Shown: positions 27,165-37,113 of the stretch, piece by piece
How positions within the stretch are numbered: the first letter of the stretch is position 1
Layout: the number at the start of each line of letters is the position of its first letter
NCBI GenBank assembly: GCA_964187785.1
Contig: OZ076413.1
Coordinates: 52,576,001-52,640,000 of the forward strand
Direction of reading: 5' to 3'
Length of the DNA stretch: 64,000 bases
Source of the DNA: Amphiscolops sp. MND2022
Taxonomy: Eukaryota
The notes under the pieces: model-generated
The model's database searches: none
Told to the model about the DNA's origin: nothing
What the model saw: the letters and a program-made list of their open reading frames with translations, nothing else
Position numbers and translations under genes: made by a program

Positions 27165-28619
27165 ATGGCTGCGCAAAATTATTTGGCTTATCCAGACCTC
27201 GGCAGAGACCAATTCACGGGAACAGACCCAGATCAAGATCCTGAACAATTTATACAGCTAATTGAAAAGAAGTTCCGTTTCTCTCACGGTGATACCCCAG
27301 CAAACGGAGCAGCACTTGACGACTACAACTTCAGGAGAAAATCCTACTTTGCTACACTACTAAGAGGACCAGCAGCGGAGTGGTTCGAGACAAGTATCAC
27401 AGACGCTAACACCTGGCAAGAAATCAGAGAAAGGTTCATCACAAGATTCGCAGATGGCCGAAATAAATTCAGACACAGATTGGAAGCAGAACATGTCACC
27501 AGAAGAGATGGAGAAGAGATAAAGAATTTTCTACACAGAATCAAAATTGTTGTGGGGAAAGGCTGGCCAGATGATCTTGCCGGCGTCGCACAAAATGACA
27601 GAAACGCAGAAAGAGCAGCACAAGACCGACAAAGAAGACAAAGGTGCATCGACTACTCACTGAGAGGCCTAAGACCTCCAAAACTGAGAGAAAAGGCACA
27701 CGAATATTTAATGGATCACCCGAATGCAACCTGGGAACAATTCTCCCAAGCTGTAATAAACAAAGACCTCTCCTACACGGTAACTACCGCCCTAACTGGC
27801 GGAGAATCACATTCAGACCCACTCATACAAGAAATGCGAGACGACCTGAAGGGAATCAAACTACAAATCAAAGAACAGATGAATAACACAATCAACGCAG
27901 TAGAGAAAACTGTAGACCCTAATGCTACAGGTCGAAGAATGGCCACACGATTCTGTGGCTACTGCCGAACAAATGGGCACACACCTAACTGGTGCAGAAA
28001 GAAGATGAGAGATGAAGAAGTGAAGAAGGTTCAAAACGAAGCTAACCCAGAAAGAAGAATAACATTCACCAACGACTACAACAAAAGAACTGGACCTGAA
28101 CATGGCTCTAGATTTCAACCAAGATTACCAGATTCAGAAATCAGAAAACATATAGCTGTGGCACATCAACTAGCACTGGCTGGAGCTATGCAGTCAAACC
28201 CTGCCTGGAATCAATACGATAGACCACAAAGAAAAAATTTCAACCCAGAACGCCGACCTACGAATACAAGAGTCAATCCTGGTAACCAAAGATTTTCACA
28301 AGAAGGGAGAAGACCCTTCCTAAACAATTCTAACAACTCCAGAAGTGTTTCCCCTGGACCCCAAAGAGCAAGATCTCCGTTCAACTTCAACAGAGACCAG
28401 TCTAGCTCCTTTAATCGCAACATACAACCTCTTCCACCAAGAAATAACTCAGTTTTTCAAAGACCACTAGACAGAAACGAAAGACCCAACACTCCAACTC
28501 AATCTTACGAGCAAAGATTCCCAAAAACTAATGACATAGGAAGATCCAACACAGTACAGTTCTTAGAAACCGACTACTCGGTGAACTCTATTGCCGATTT
28601 CCGCCCTTTAAACTACTAA
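27165..28619 (+). CDS. gag: Gag (484 aa): Ty3/gypsy capsid plus one CCHC zinc knuckle and an N/R/P-rich tail
   Basis: LLRGPAAEWF...TWQEIRERFITRF capsid pattern; CGYCRTNGHTPNWC = C-x2-C-x4-H-x4-C. Confidence 0.93.
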   Translation: MAAQNYLAYPDLGRDQFTGTDPDQDPEQFIQLIEKKFRFSHGDTPANGAALDDYNFRRKSYFATLLRGPAAEWFETSITDANTWQEIRERFITRFADGRNKFRHRLEAEHVTRRDGEEIKNFLHRIKIVVGKGWPDDLAGVAQNDRNAERAAQDRQRRQRCIDYSLRGLRPPKLREKAHEYLMDHPNATWEQFSQAVINKDLSYTVTTALTGGESHSDPLIQEMRDDLKGIKLQIKEQMNNTINAVEKTVDPNATGRRMATRFCGYCRTNGHTPNWCRKKMRDEEVKKVQNEANPERRITFTNDYNKRTGPEHGSRFQPRLPDSEIRKHIAVAHQLALAGAMQSNPAWNQYDRPQRKNFNPERRPTNTRVNPGNQRFSQEGRRPFLNNSNNSRSVSPGPQRARSPFNFNRDQSSSFNRNIQPLPPRNNSVFQRPLDRNERPNTPTQSYEQRFPKTNDIGRSNTVQFLETDYSVNSIADFRPLNY

Positions 28620-28696
28620 GGTCTCCGAAAAATAGAAATAGCAGCAGTGCCCCTCTAAAATTTAGTCTTAATCTTTATTATTTTGCTGCCGGAGAC
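28607..28696 (+). promoter_or_regulatory. -1 programmed ribosomal frameshift signal
   Basis: T TTA AAC heptamer in the gag frame just before the gag stop; 7-nt spacer; GTCTCCG/CGGAGAC and GCAGCA/TGCTGC stems; pol is in the -1 frame and open from 28535. Confidence 0.8.
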
Positions 28697-31600
28697 TCAC
28701 AAAAAGATAGTGGCTTAGAAATCGAATTTCTACTAGACACTGGGGCAACATCTTCAATCATCAACTACAGGACCTTTAGAGAACTTTGCCAGTTTCAACA
28801 AGACCTAGAACTTAGTAGAAGCAATAACACAACACGGAACTACTCTGGGCAGATCATCCCTATGATGGGATACATCACCCTCAAACTCTACTACGATTCC
28901 GATGGACAACATAACTTCCCATTAACAGTCTGGATAACAGAGATGAAAACCCAAAACCTCCTTGGAATGAATTTCTGCCAAGAACAAGTTAACAAAATAC
29001 ACTTTGATCTTCCTGGCATAGAACTCAAAAGACTTATAAATACTTTCTGCTATGGTAGCCTACAACTCAACAAATGTTACCCCTATATATCACAAATTCT
29101 CTCAGTCAGAATTCCTCACTCAATGTATATCGAACCAAAGACGACAAGATGTTACAAATTCGCACCAGAAAACACTAATAACTCATTTCCTCCTGGATCT
29201 ACGTTCCTACCGAACAGGAAGGCAGTTTCTACTGGACTTAACTTCATAAATGTCCTCTGCACACGATTTGAGAAGACTTTACCAATCGTCATGGAAAACA
29301 ACAAAAACCATACAATCACCTTAGTAAAAGGAACTATCGGATACTCAATGCTTGACGTATTAGACCAAGAAATTCCGAAATACCAAATTAGAAACCCGAC
29401 AGAACTCGCATATGCTATCCTAAACGAAAACGAAGAATACAACGACTGTTTCCTATTACACTCTACCATTCCTTCACAAGATATGAACGATTGCCTCAGA
29501 ATAGAAGGAGGAAACTCGAAAACAATACTCAGCAGACCAGACCCTATCATCATCTTCGTCCCGGCCGACCTAAAGCCAGCCAAAGGCTTCTCAAAAGAAA
29601 TCCTAACGAAAATACCTTCACTTAAGGATACATGCGCAAAACAGAAACCACAGAAAGGAGAAACCATACCCTACTGGGACGAAACTCTGAAACGATTTAT
29701 ATATGTTCTGATTACGAAAGCAAAATCAAAAGACAAGATTGACCCACAATTACTAGTTCAATCTCTCGAAACTCTAAAAGCACACGCCAAAATGAGCGGC
29801 ATCAAAACTATATCCATGCTACGGGAAGCCTCAGAGCTAGAAGACTTCCAATGGCAAGACGTCACTCAACTCATTCAAGACGTATTTGCATACTCAGAAA
29901 TACAACTCCGAATTTATACAAGAAACGAACTAGATGTCTATGCCATGACTACAAGAGGAGACCCCGAATACGTACTAGAAGATGAGATACAACAATTTTC
30001 CGAGCAATTTCATCTCAAACATAGAGAGCTGGAGACAGACTTCACAAGCGACGCAAAGTCCTGTCAACCACCCTGCGATGAGCAATTTAAAATCTTCAGG
30101 CCAAAAGAAGACAACGAACGACTGATCGAGTACTACCTTCAGTATCAAAATAAAGAAGCAGTGCGATACATTAAAGAATTCGACTTTCGCTACTCAGACC
30201 TCACAGACGAAGAACTGGTTCTCCTAATAGACTTACTAATGGACGCAAGAGATGTATACTCCCAACACAAATTTGACGTAGGGAAAACCAGACAAAAATT
30301 TAACATTAAACTAGAACCTGGAGCAATTCTAAAGAGACAGAGACCCAGCAAAGTACCACTTCACCTACGAGAAAAGCTAGAGAAGCTACTCACACAACTC
30401 AAAGACGCTGATATCATCAGAGAAATGGGCGACGATGAAGAAATGGGATCCTTATTTGTGAATCCTATTATACTACAACCAAAACATGACTATGTCAAGC
30501 TGATCATAGATGCGAGATATCTAAACTCGGTGACAGATCTAACAAATTATTCCTGGCCCTTAGAACCGATCCAAACCATAATGACACTAATAAATGGAAA
30601 CATCTTCTCAGTAAGTGATCTCTCCTGTGCATTTCACCAAGTCCCATTAGACGAGCCCACGCAAAAACTCACCAGCTTCATCATTGGCGGAAAACAATAC
30701 ACCTTCACCAGGGGATTCTATGGACTCAAGGGATTACCAAGCTTCTTTAGCAGAATGATGACTATCCACTTCGAACCCCTCATCAAAAGGAAACAGGCAA
30801 TTACATACATCGACGACACGTTGATGCAAGCCAAAAACAAACAAGAAATGTTCACGGTAATTCAAGAATACCATAACTTACTGCGGAAAGCCGGACTCAA
30901 GGCAGCACCAGATAAGACACTCTTCTTCTTAAGGAAAGTCAAGTTTTTGGGACACGTGATAGCAGCCGAAGGAATACAACCCGTCGCAAAACGAGTAAAA
31001 GACCTACACAATCTCAAATCACCAAAGACCAAAACCGAAGTGAAAAGCTTCTTAGGAGCTTTGGGCTTCTATAGCTGCTACATCAAGAATCTTCATGTCG
31101 ATAGTCGACCTTTTTACGAACTCACCAAGAAAGATACAAATTTTTGCTGGAACCAAGAACACGAAGACCTTTTCCAGGAAATAAAGAAAAGAATTACCGA
31201 AGACACAGTGCTCGCAATACCCTCGACAAAATACCCCTTTCACATACACGTCGACTCGTCAAACGTTGGGACAGGATGTATCCTCATCCAACAATTCCCA
31301 GAAGGGAAACGGATCATTTCCTTCAACTCAAGAGTTTTCGCAAAGGAAGAACAAAAGATGTCCACACTACACAGAGAATTATGTGGCATAGTCTCAGCTC
31401 TTCAGACGTATGAACACTACATCATCGGATCTCGCTTCCCCATCTACCTATACTGTGATCACAAGCCGATTCTTTATCTCTGGGGAAGAAAGGGACAAAT
31501 TTCACCCCGTTTTTTCAGGTACCAAGTAATTATATCTAAATTCCCGAATCTCAAGATAATTTGGACTCCAGGAAGCAACCTAGCCTTCCCTGATATACTC

Positions 31601-33715
31601 AGTCGAAACGTCTCCATCGAGGAACACAAGAAACATCAACTCAGTCACAAAGTCATCCCAACTGACATACACTTTTTCGACGAACATGGAACCCAAGTAC
31701 ACTACAAAATCAAACACGAAGAAAATGAAGAGACATCCAAGAACGACTTTTACCCCATCTTGTACGAGAAGGGAAAAGAACGGAAAGTACTTCATCTCCA
31801 AAATGATGGGAATAACTTCACAGTTAACTCTATCTACGAGGAACCTAACCTGCCGAAAGTAGAGTCAGCACAGAGTTGCCTCGACGCTGGAAGAGAACTT
31901 GGAAAATTCGAAGAACTAAGACTCAGGTCAGGAACACGGGATAGCACTTCGGATTTATCACAAAACACTTACAGCTCCATCAACAGTGATACGGATGACG
32001 GAGCCCTCACAGACAATCAGAGTCAAGAAATAAACGAGACCAACTACGAGCTCAACACAGAAGATCCCATCGCACGTAACCCAAGTCTTCCCAAAAACGC
32101 GAAGGCAATAGAACACCCCGATCTACCTACAGATTCAACTGAAAAACAAAAGACACCAACACAGGAACTTGTCAGACAACTTGATAAACTATCCAAAGAG
32201 GTAGAACTAAACGTTACAACGATCTTACAAGAACAAATAAATGACCCGGTACTCAGCGTGGTCCGACAATGGGTAAGAACAGGAAACAAACCCGAACCAA
32301 AATCACCAGAGTTACAACACTCAAAAGGCCTCATGCGTTACTTTCAGGAATTCGACAGATTATCTATAGAAGGCCAAGGAAACCTCCTTTGTTATAACGA
32401 GCCAACTGATGACCCAACAGACGAGAATCTGAGAATCTGTCTACCTCTCTCTCTATTTTTAGCTTGCTTTCGTATGGGACATTACAACGACCTCGGCGGC
32501 CACATGGGAGCAGAAAAGTCCTTCCTCAATGCTAAGAGATTTTACTACTGGCCAGGGATGCACAACTGGATCTGTGCCCTCACACAAGATTGCGTTAGCT
32601 GCCAATCTAACAAATCCAAACAACGGAGAAACAACGAAGTCCCACTGGAAGACTGCGAAACCGAAACTCAAGTATTCAGAACCATCCACATTGATCACAA
32701 AGGACCCCTCAATCCTCCCAGTCGTGGAAATTCACATTGCCTTCTGATCATCGACGCCTTCTCACGTTACCTGATGGCATACCCAGTCAGAGACACAGGA
32801 GCACAATCTACAATCAATGCGATGGAAAAATGGATTATGCACTATGGCATCCCTCAATCTATCGTACATGATAGAGGAACAGCTTTCGTGAACACTGAAT
32901 TCGTCAATTGGACTAAAGAGTTTGGCATTACACTTCGACCAAGAACCGCACACTCACCCTGGACAAATGGCAAAGTAGAAACTCAAAATCAACACATTGC
33001 AAGATACTGGAGAAACTTCCTAAACGAATCAGGAAACAACTGGGCCCAACTAGCTGCCAAATTTGCATTCGCCCACAACACAAGCGTCAACTACACGACT
33101 GGAAAGACCCCCTACGAGATAGTGTTTTGCAATAAACCACAGATACCTATGAGTCTGAAGCTGGGACTCTACAGGAACAAAAACAAGAACTGCAAATCAC
33201 AATTCTGTCAAGGATTACCTCCTCATTGCCATAGCGAAAACCAAGTCAAAAACGAACTACTAAATGGACTATTACGACCACAACTATCACAAAGCTTATT
33301 GGAACGAGAAACAGCCTTCAAAAAGGTCTACTCATCCACATATGAAAAGTGCAGAAAACAAACAGCTCAATCACACGCCTACAGGAACAGATTTAAACTT
33401 GGGAACCACCTCAATATTGGACAAAAGGTTCTGCTAGAGAACCATCGAAAAGACCTCTCCAAAAGCCAAAAACTCCAACAACTGCGACTAGGACCCTTTA
33501 CGGTTACCAAACGAATTACAAATACAACTTACCAAATAATGGAAGATCAAAACCCCGTGAATCTCCGAACTGTACATAGGAACCATCTAATAGAATACTT
33601 TCCTAAAGAAGAAACACTCCCCCCTCTTATCGAAGAATACACTACTCCCCACCGTGGAGACACGGATTTTTATAACAATCTTGTCAAAGGAAGAATTGAA
33701 CAACTTAATGTTTAA
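28608..33715 (+). CDS. pol: Pol: protease - macrodomain - RT - RNase H - integrase (Gag-Pol fusion; ORF-track ATG at 28862 lies downstream of the protease active site)
   Basis: FLLDTGATSSII (~28727-28762, in frame upstream of the ATG); YIDD at 30806-30817; RNase H VDSS...RELCG...CDHK...DILSR; IN H-H/C-x2-C, D-x35-E (HDRG...GKVE) and GPF motif. Confidence 0.95.
29501..29920 (+). other. TARG1/OARD1 (Poa1p-like) macrodomain inside Pol, between PR and RT
   Basis: RFIYVLITK...LVQSLETLKAHAKMSGIKTISMLREASELEDFQWQDVTQLIQDVFAYSEIQLRIYT aligns by eye, ungapped, to recalled human TARG1 RYIYYLITK...[56 protein letters not shown]. Confidence 0.85.
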
Positions 33716-34117
33716 GAACCACAAAAACTCGGAGACCTCTGCATATTGCCAGTACGGAATCAACAAAACCAAATACTTGCCCGCAAAAGAACGCAAACCC
33801 CCCAGAGCACAGACTCTGGTATCATCTCTCCAGAAAATCAGTTGTTGTCAACTCCCAAGACTCCCGATCAGCCTTCGACATCACATCCTCAAAACGCAGC
33901 AACCCCTATCCTGACGTTAACTCAACGTCAACCAACTCCAGCACCCCCAACTAACACCCCGGCATCGTCTACCAAGTCAACGACTCCCTTGCAAGAGTTA
34001 CGAAAGGCTGTTGCCCGCCAAATAGAGAGAAATCCACGTTATCAGCGAGCACAACCCAATCAACCAGCACGACAGTCCAAACTTCGTGAAAGGACTAGAA
34101 TTGGTTACAAAGAATAA
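33716..34117 (+). CDS. In-frame P/T/Q-rich continuation of Pol beyond a single TAA (probable integrase tail)
   Basis: Same frame as pol, open for 133 codons, ends RYQRAQ...KLRERTRIGYKE, resembling basic gypsy IN C-termini. Confidence 0.55.
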   Translation, partial: EPQKLGDLCILPVRNQQNQILARKRTQTPQSTDSGIISPENQLLSTPKTPDQPSTSHPQNAATPILTLTQRQPTPAPPTNTPASSTKSTTPLQELRKAVARQIERNPRYQRAQPNQPARQSKLRERTRIGYKE

Positions 34118-34124
34118 CCTTACT

Positions 34125-34511
34125 ATGCCGTGCCATAAAGTCTATCTAAACTTGCCTTGGCAAGTCCCGCGAGAACTCCAGTCCTTAGGAATTCTGCAGG
34201 TTACGATTACTAAAATCTACTGGACCTACAAAAACAAAATAGTTAGAATTTGTTTCTACTCCAACGACCCAGATCCTAGCCCACATAAACAACCTACGCC
34301 TAGAAAATCTAACCTTCATATACACCCAGAATCACCTACTTTCGCCCGCTTATATCAACACTTAGCCTATTATGCCGTCACCCACCATGACCCTATCCTA
34401 GAGGAACTACTATCCTACATGCCTACCCTGATACCTGACCTACAACCTTCATTACCTAACACACAAAAAGACTTATTCTGCTGTTCTACTATCTCCTCGC
34501 CTAGCTCCTAG
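34125..34511 (+). CDS. Accessory ORF A (128 aa), unknown; first of four putative paralogues
   Basis: ATG 7 nt after the Pol-tail stop; shares I-x2-I...h-x-h-x-h and S-x2-[FYA]-x2-L-x3-[LF] motifs with ORFs B-D. Confidence 0.6.
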   Translation: MPCHKVYLNLPWQVPRELQSLGILQVTITKIYWTYKNKIVRICFYSNDPDPSPHKQPTPRKSNLHIHPESPTFARLYQHLAYYAVTHHDPILEELLSYMPTLIPDLQPSLPNTQKDLFCCSTISSPSS

Positions 34512-34676
34512 CCGGATATTACCGCTTATTCGAAAAATATTATCTTTATTATTATTATTATTATTAGACTTTTTATCTATACAATTTGTGCAACCCCGAG
34601 AAGGAACTTACGAAAAGCAGCAAACACAAAAGCGTAGAAAAATAAAGTATTTCCTGGAGATGAGAGGCAATAATGC

Positions 34677-35339
34677 CTACTCAATCTCCAGGAAACCTCC
34701 CTTCTCTGCAAGTCGCCGCAGCTGAGCCGCCCGCTCCCCCATTGTCCACAATGAATAGAGGCGGGTCCACTGACCCCTCTCAAAACTAGTCAGCTGCGAG
34801 TAGCCACTTATGTAGGCTCGCAGCTGGAAGACGACTATTTCGCCGAGAGAGGACAGGAGAGTCTGCTCCCAACGGGCCCCCCAGTTAGCCCGCAAGAAAC
34901 TAGTTAGAGCATTTGGACCGGGAGGCCCAGAAACAGAAAACCCGGGGGTACCCTGAAGGGAACTAGTTAATGAAGCCCAGTTTTCTAGGCGGTCGATATC
35001 CCTATGGGTAAATAAACCCATAAAACTTTGATCCCCCGGGCTCTCCAAAACACCCTGCGAGATGGTAGAGGGAGCTTGCGGAAAAGGGCCACTAGTCCTC
35101 GGGGCCACAAACGCCACAAAAGACCCACCCCCAGAGGTCCCTGCCTGAGAACCTGATGACGCGGGAGCAGAAGAACTGCTGCGCGCTCCGCTCGACGAGG
35201 ACGGCCCAGCTGACGACGACGATTGTGGCGGCAAAGAGGTAGCGGCAGTGCCCGACACAGACCCTGGAGCAGTAGTCTCCTCATCGGTCGAGGATTCTTC
35301 GTAATAGTCGCTATAGTTGTTGTTGTTGTTGTTGCTCAT
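34677..35339 (-). CDS. Antisense accessory ORF (220 aa from MSNNNN; 231 aa from the upstream ATG at 35372), unknown
   Basis: Long ORF overlapping no sense gene; acidic/Ser-rich N-half, Trp-containing helical-looking C-half; TATAAA (minus, 35381-35386) upstream and AATAAA (minus, 34545-34550) downstream. Confidence 0.7.
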   Translation of the reverse strand: MSNNNNNNYSDYYEESSTDEETTAPGSVSGTAATSLPPQSSSSAGPSSSSGARSSSSAPASSGSQAGTSGGGSFVAFVAPRTSGPFPQAPSTISQGVLESPGDQSFMGLFTHRDIDRLENWASLTSSLQGTPGFSVSGPPGPNALTSFLRANWGARWEQTLLSSLGEIVVFQLRAYISGYSQLTSFERGQWTRLYSLWTMGERAAQLRRLAEKGGFLEIE

Positions 35340-35614
35340 CCCTAAATACAAATTTGATTTATTTAAAGTCATGCAAAATGTTTATAATTATTGATTGAAG
35401 TCAACCATATATGTATCACTATTCAACTTAGTCATCAGATATAAAATATAATATCCTACCCGGACATTTGTCTAGTTTACTACGACGACTCATGAAGTCG
35501 TAACCCTCTCTCCCCTACAAATTACCCCCAAAAACGCAATGAAATAACTGATGATTCCATTCTCAGATTTGCTATGTTTGATGCACACACGCCACAAGGC
35601 ATAACAGCTCACTG

Positions 35615-35836
35615 ATGATCATAATATTCAAAATTGACAACCGACTTTCCCAGATAACTGATATTCAGAAGGAACCCTCAACACAGAACATAATCATACA
35701 AGCCTACGCAATCGCAGAAGAAGAGAGTGAAACCTACACGTGTGTGCCAGCATCACCTATCTACCCACTACTGGAGAGTCTACTATATAATAACACACCT
35801 ACCGAAGTCTTCACAAGAGCCAAGTCAGTCCTTTAA
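35615..35836 (+). CDS. Accessory ORF B (73 aa), putative paralogue of A/C/D
   Basis: Shared motif; stop overlaps the ORF C start (TAATG). Confidence 0.5.
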   Translation: MIIIFKIDNRLSQITDIQKEPSTQNIIIQAYAIAEEESETYTCVPASPIYPLLESLLYNNTPTEVFTRAKSVL

Positions 35837-36231
35837 TGTCCTCTCCCGCAGTTGCCGTATTTCGAGGAAATAAGTACTACTTCCACACTCAATTTCAACC
35901 TCCGGTTCCTTGGAAACCCATACAACTCACGGGTGAATACGAAATACAGTCAATCTTTTACGAGATCACTACCTCGGCGATACAAGTCCGTATACTCACA
36001 CCAGAAGACAAAGAAGCACTAGTCCTCTTCCCTATTCACTTCGGGTCCAAGGAATACGCCTACCTATTCCTATCGTTCCAACAATACATACTCCAACACC
36101 CCGCCGTCCTTAAAGACAAGGCTTTCGACGACTTGGTTTATTTTATGGATATCACCCTAGTAACTAACCCCTTTGAAGAAGAGGTTAGAATCAAATATCT
36201 TCACACCCTAGTTGAGACCTATGATGTTTAA
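35836..36231 (+). CDS. Accessory ORF C (131 aa), putative paralogue
   Basis: Shared motif; TAATG coupling with B; overlaps ORF D by 11 nt. Confidence 0.65.
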   Translation: MSSPAVAVFRGNKYYFHTQFQPPVPWKPIQLTGEYEIQSIFYEITTSAIQVRILTPEDKEALVLFPIHFGSKEYAYLFLSFQQYILQHPAVLKDKAFDDLVYFMDITLVTNPFEEEVRIKYLHTLVETYDV

Positions 36232-36565
36232 AATACAACTCAAATTCCTCTGGCGTCACCCGGAAACAAACACACTTCTTGAGATCCTCTCTATAGCCTG
36301 GAAAGAGAGCGCCCCCGCACTTCAGATTGAACTCCACAGCCTCCGACCACATCAAACGGGACATTGGCTCATCCCTGTCGCCACAGACTCGACAGAAGCA
36401 GCAGATCTTGCGAAGGCGCTAACCGACTACAGGGAGATCGCTTACTTAGATCACGTTCACCCTCTGACCCTTCATCTCCTCAGCAAGTTAATCGATTTCC
36501 TCGACGCTCAGAGAGGTAACAAACACTCTCCCAGTCTAAAATCAATCAGTAATAACTACAGCTGA
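36221..36565 (+). CDS. Accessory ORF D (114 aa from MMFKIQ), putative paralogue
   Basis: Shared motif; ATG inside the last codons of ORF C. Confidence 0.6.
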   Translation: MMFKIQLKFLWRHPETNTLLEILSIAWKESAPALQIELHSLRPHQTGHWLIPVATDSTEAADLAKALTDYREIAYLDHVHPLTLHLLSKLIDFLDAQRGNKHSPSLKSISNNYS

Positions 36566-36611
36566 ACCTTCACAGATGGTTGAAGTTAGTTTCTTTTACT
36601 ATTTTTCTTCG

Positions 36612-37045
36612 GGCACTCTTTGAAAAGTAGTGAGGTTACTACTATAAAATTTTAACCTCCGCTTAGTGTCGTGCCAGCTAAGCTGCCGGTTTGATATTAC
36701 GGCTTGCCTTTTTACGGCCTTATTTCAGGATCCATAACATTAAACTAAACTAAAAGACAAATAAACTTCTCCTTCTCTTAGGTACGTGTGAACAGTAGTG
36801 AGGTTACTACTATAAAATTTTAACCTCCGCTTAGTGTTGTACCAGCTAAGCTGCCGGTTTGATATTACGGCTTGCCTTTTTACGGCCTTACTCCGAAACC
36901 TATACTTTAAACAAAAAACAACAATCTTTCCATAAGGCACTTTCCAATAGTAGTGAGGTTACTACTATAAAATTTTAACCTCCGCTTAGTGTCGTGCCAG
37001 CTAAGCTGCCGGTTTGATATTACGGCTTGCCTTTTTACGGCCTTA
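36612..37045 (+). ncRNA. Three copies of a ~110-nt structured RNA element (97-nt core) separated by unrelated spacers
   Basis: Cores at 36626-36722, 36794-36890, 36949-37045; helices AGTAG/CTACT, GAGGTTA/TAACCTC, GCTTAG/CTAAGC, GCCG/CGGC, and GGCAC/GTGCC, which co-varies to GGTAC/GTACC in copy 2. Confidence 0.7.
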
Positions 37046-37113
37046 CCGTGGATCCACATATCTATAAAAAACATTTTTCCTGATTGATTGTCAAAGACTG
37101 AAGAATTTCAGAA

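Noticed and set aside
29152-33796. Antisense and alternate-frame ORFs overlapping pol (e.g. 29152-29667, 32044-32334)
   Set aside because: Shadow ORFs expected from the A/C-rich codon bias of the sense gene; no motifs.
36612-37045. Repeat-spacer-repeat as CRISPR, let-7-like miRNA, or HDV-like/pistol/twister ribozyme
   Set aside because: 97-nt repeats are too long for CRISPR; TGAGGTTACTAC is not the let-7 seed context. An HDV-like fit (L3 CCUCCGC, P1 GGCAC/GUGCC) lacks a proper 7-bp P1 and J4/2 and conflicts with the perfect helices; pistol P2 and twister L4 motifs are absent. Kept as an unclassified structure.
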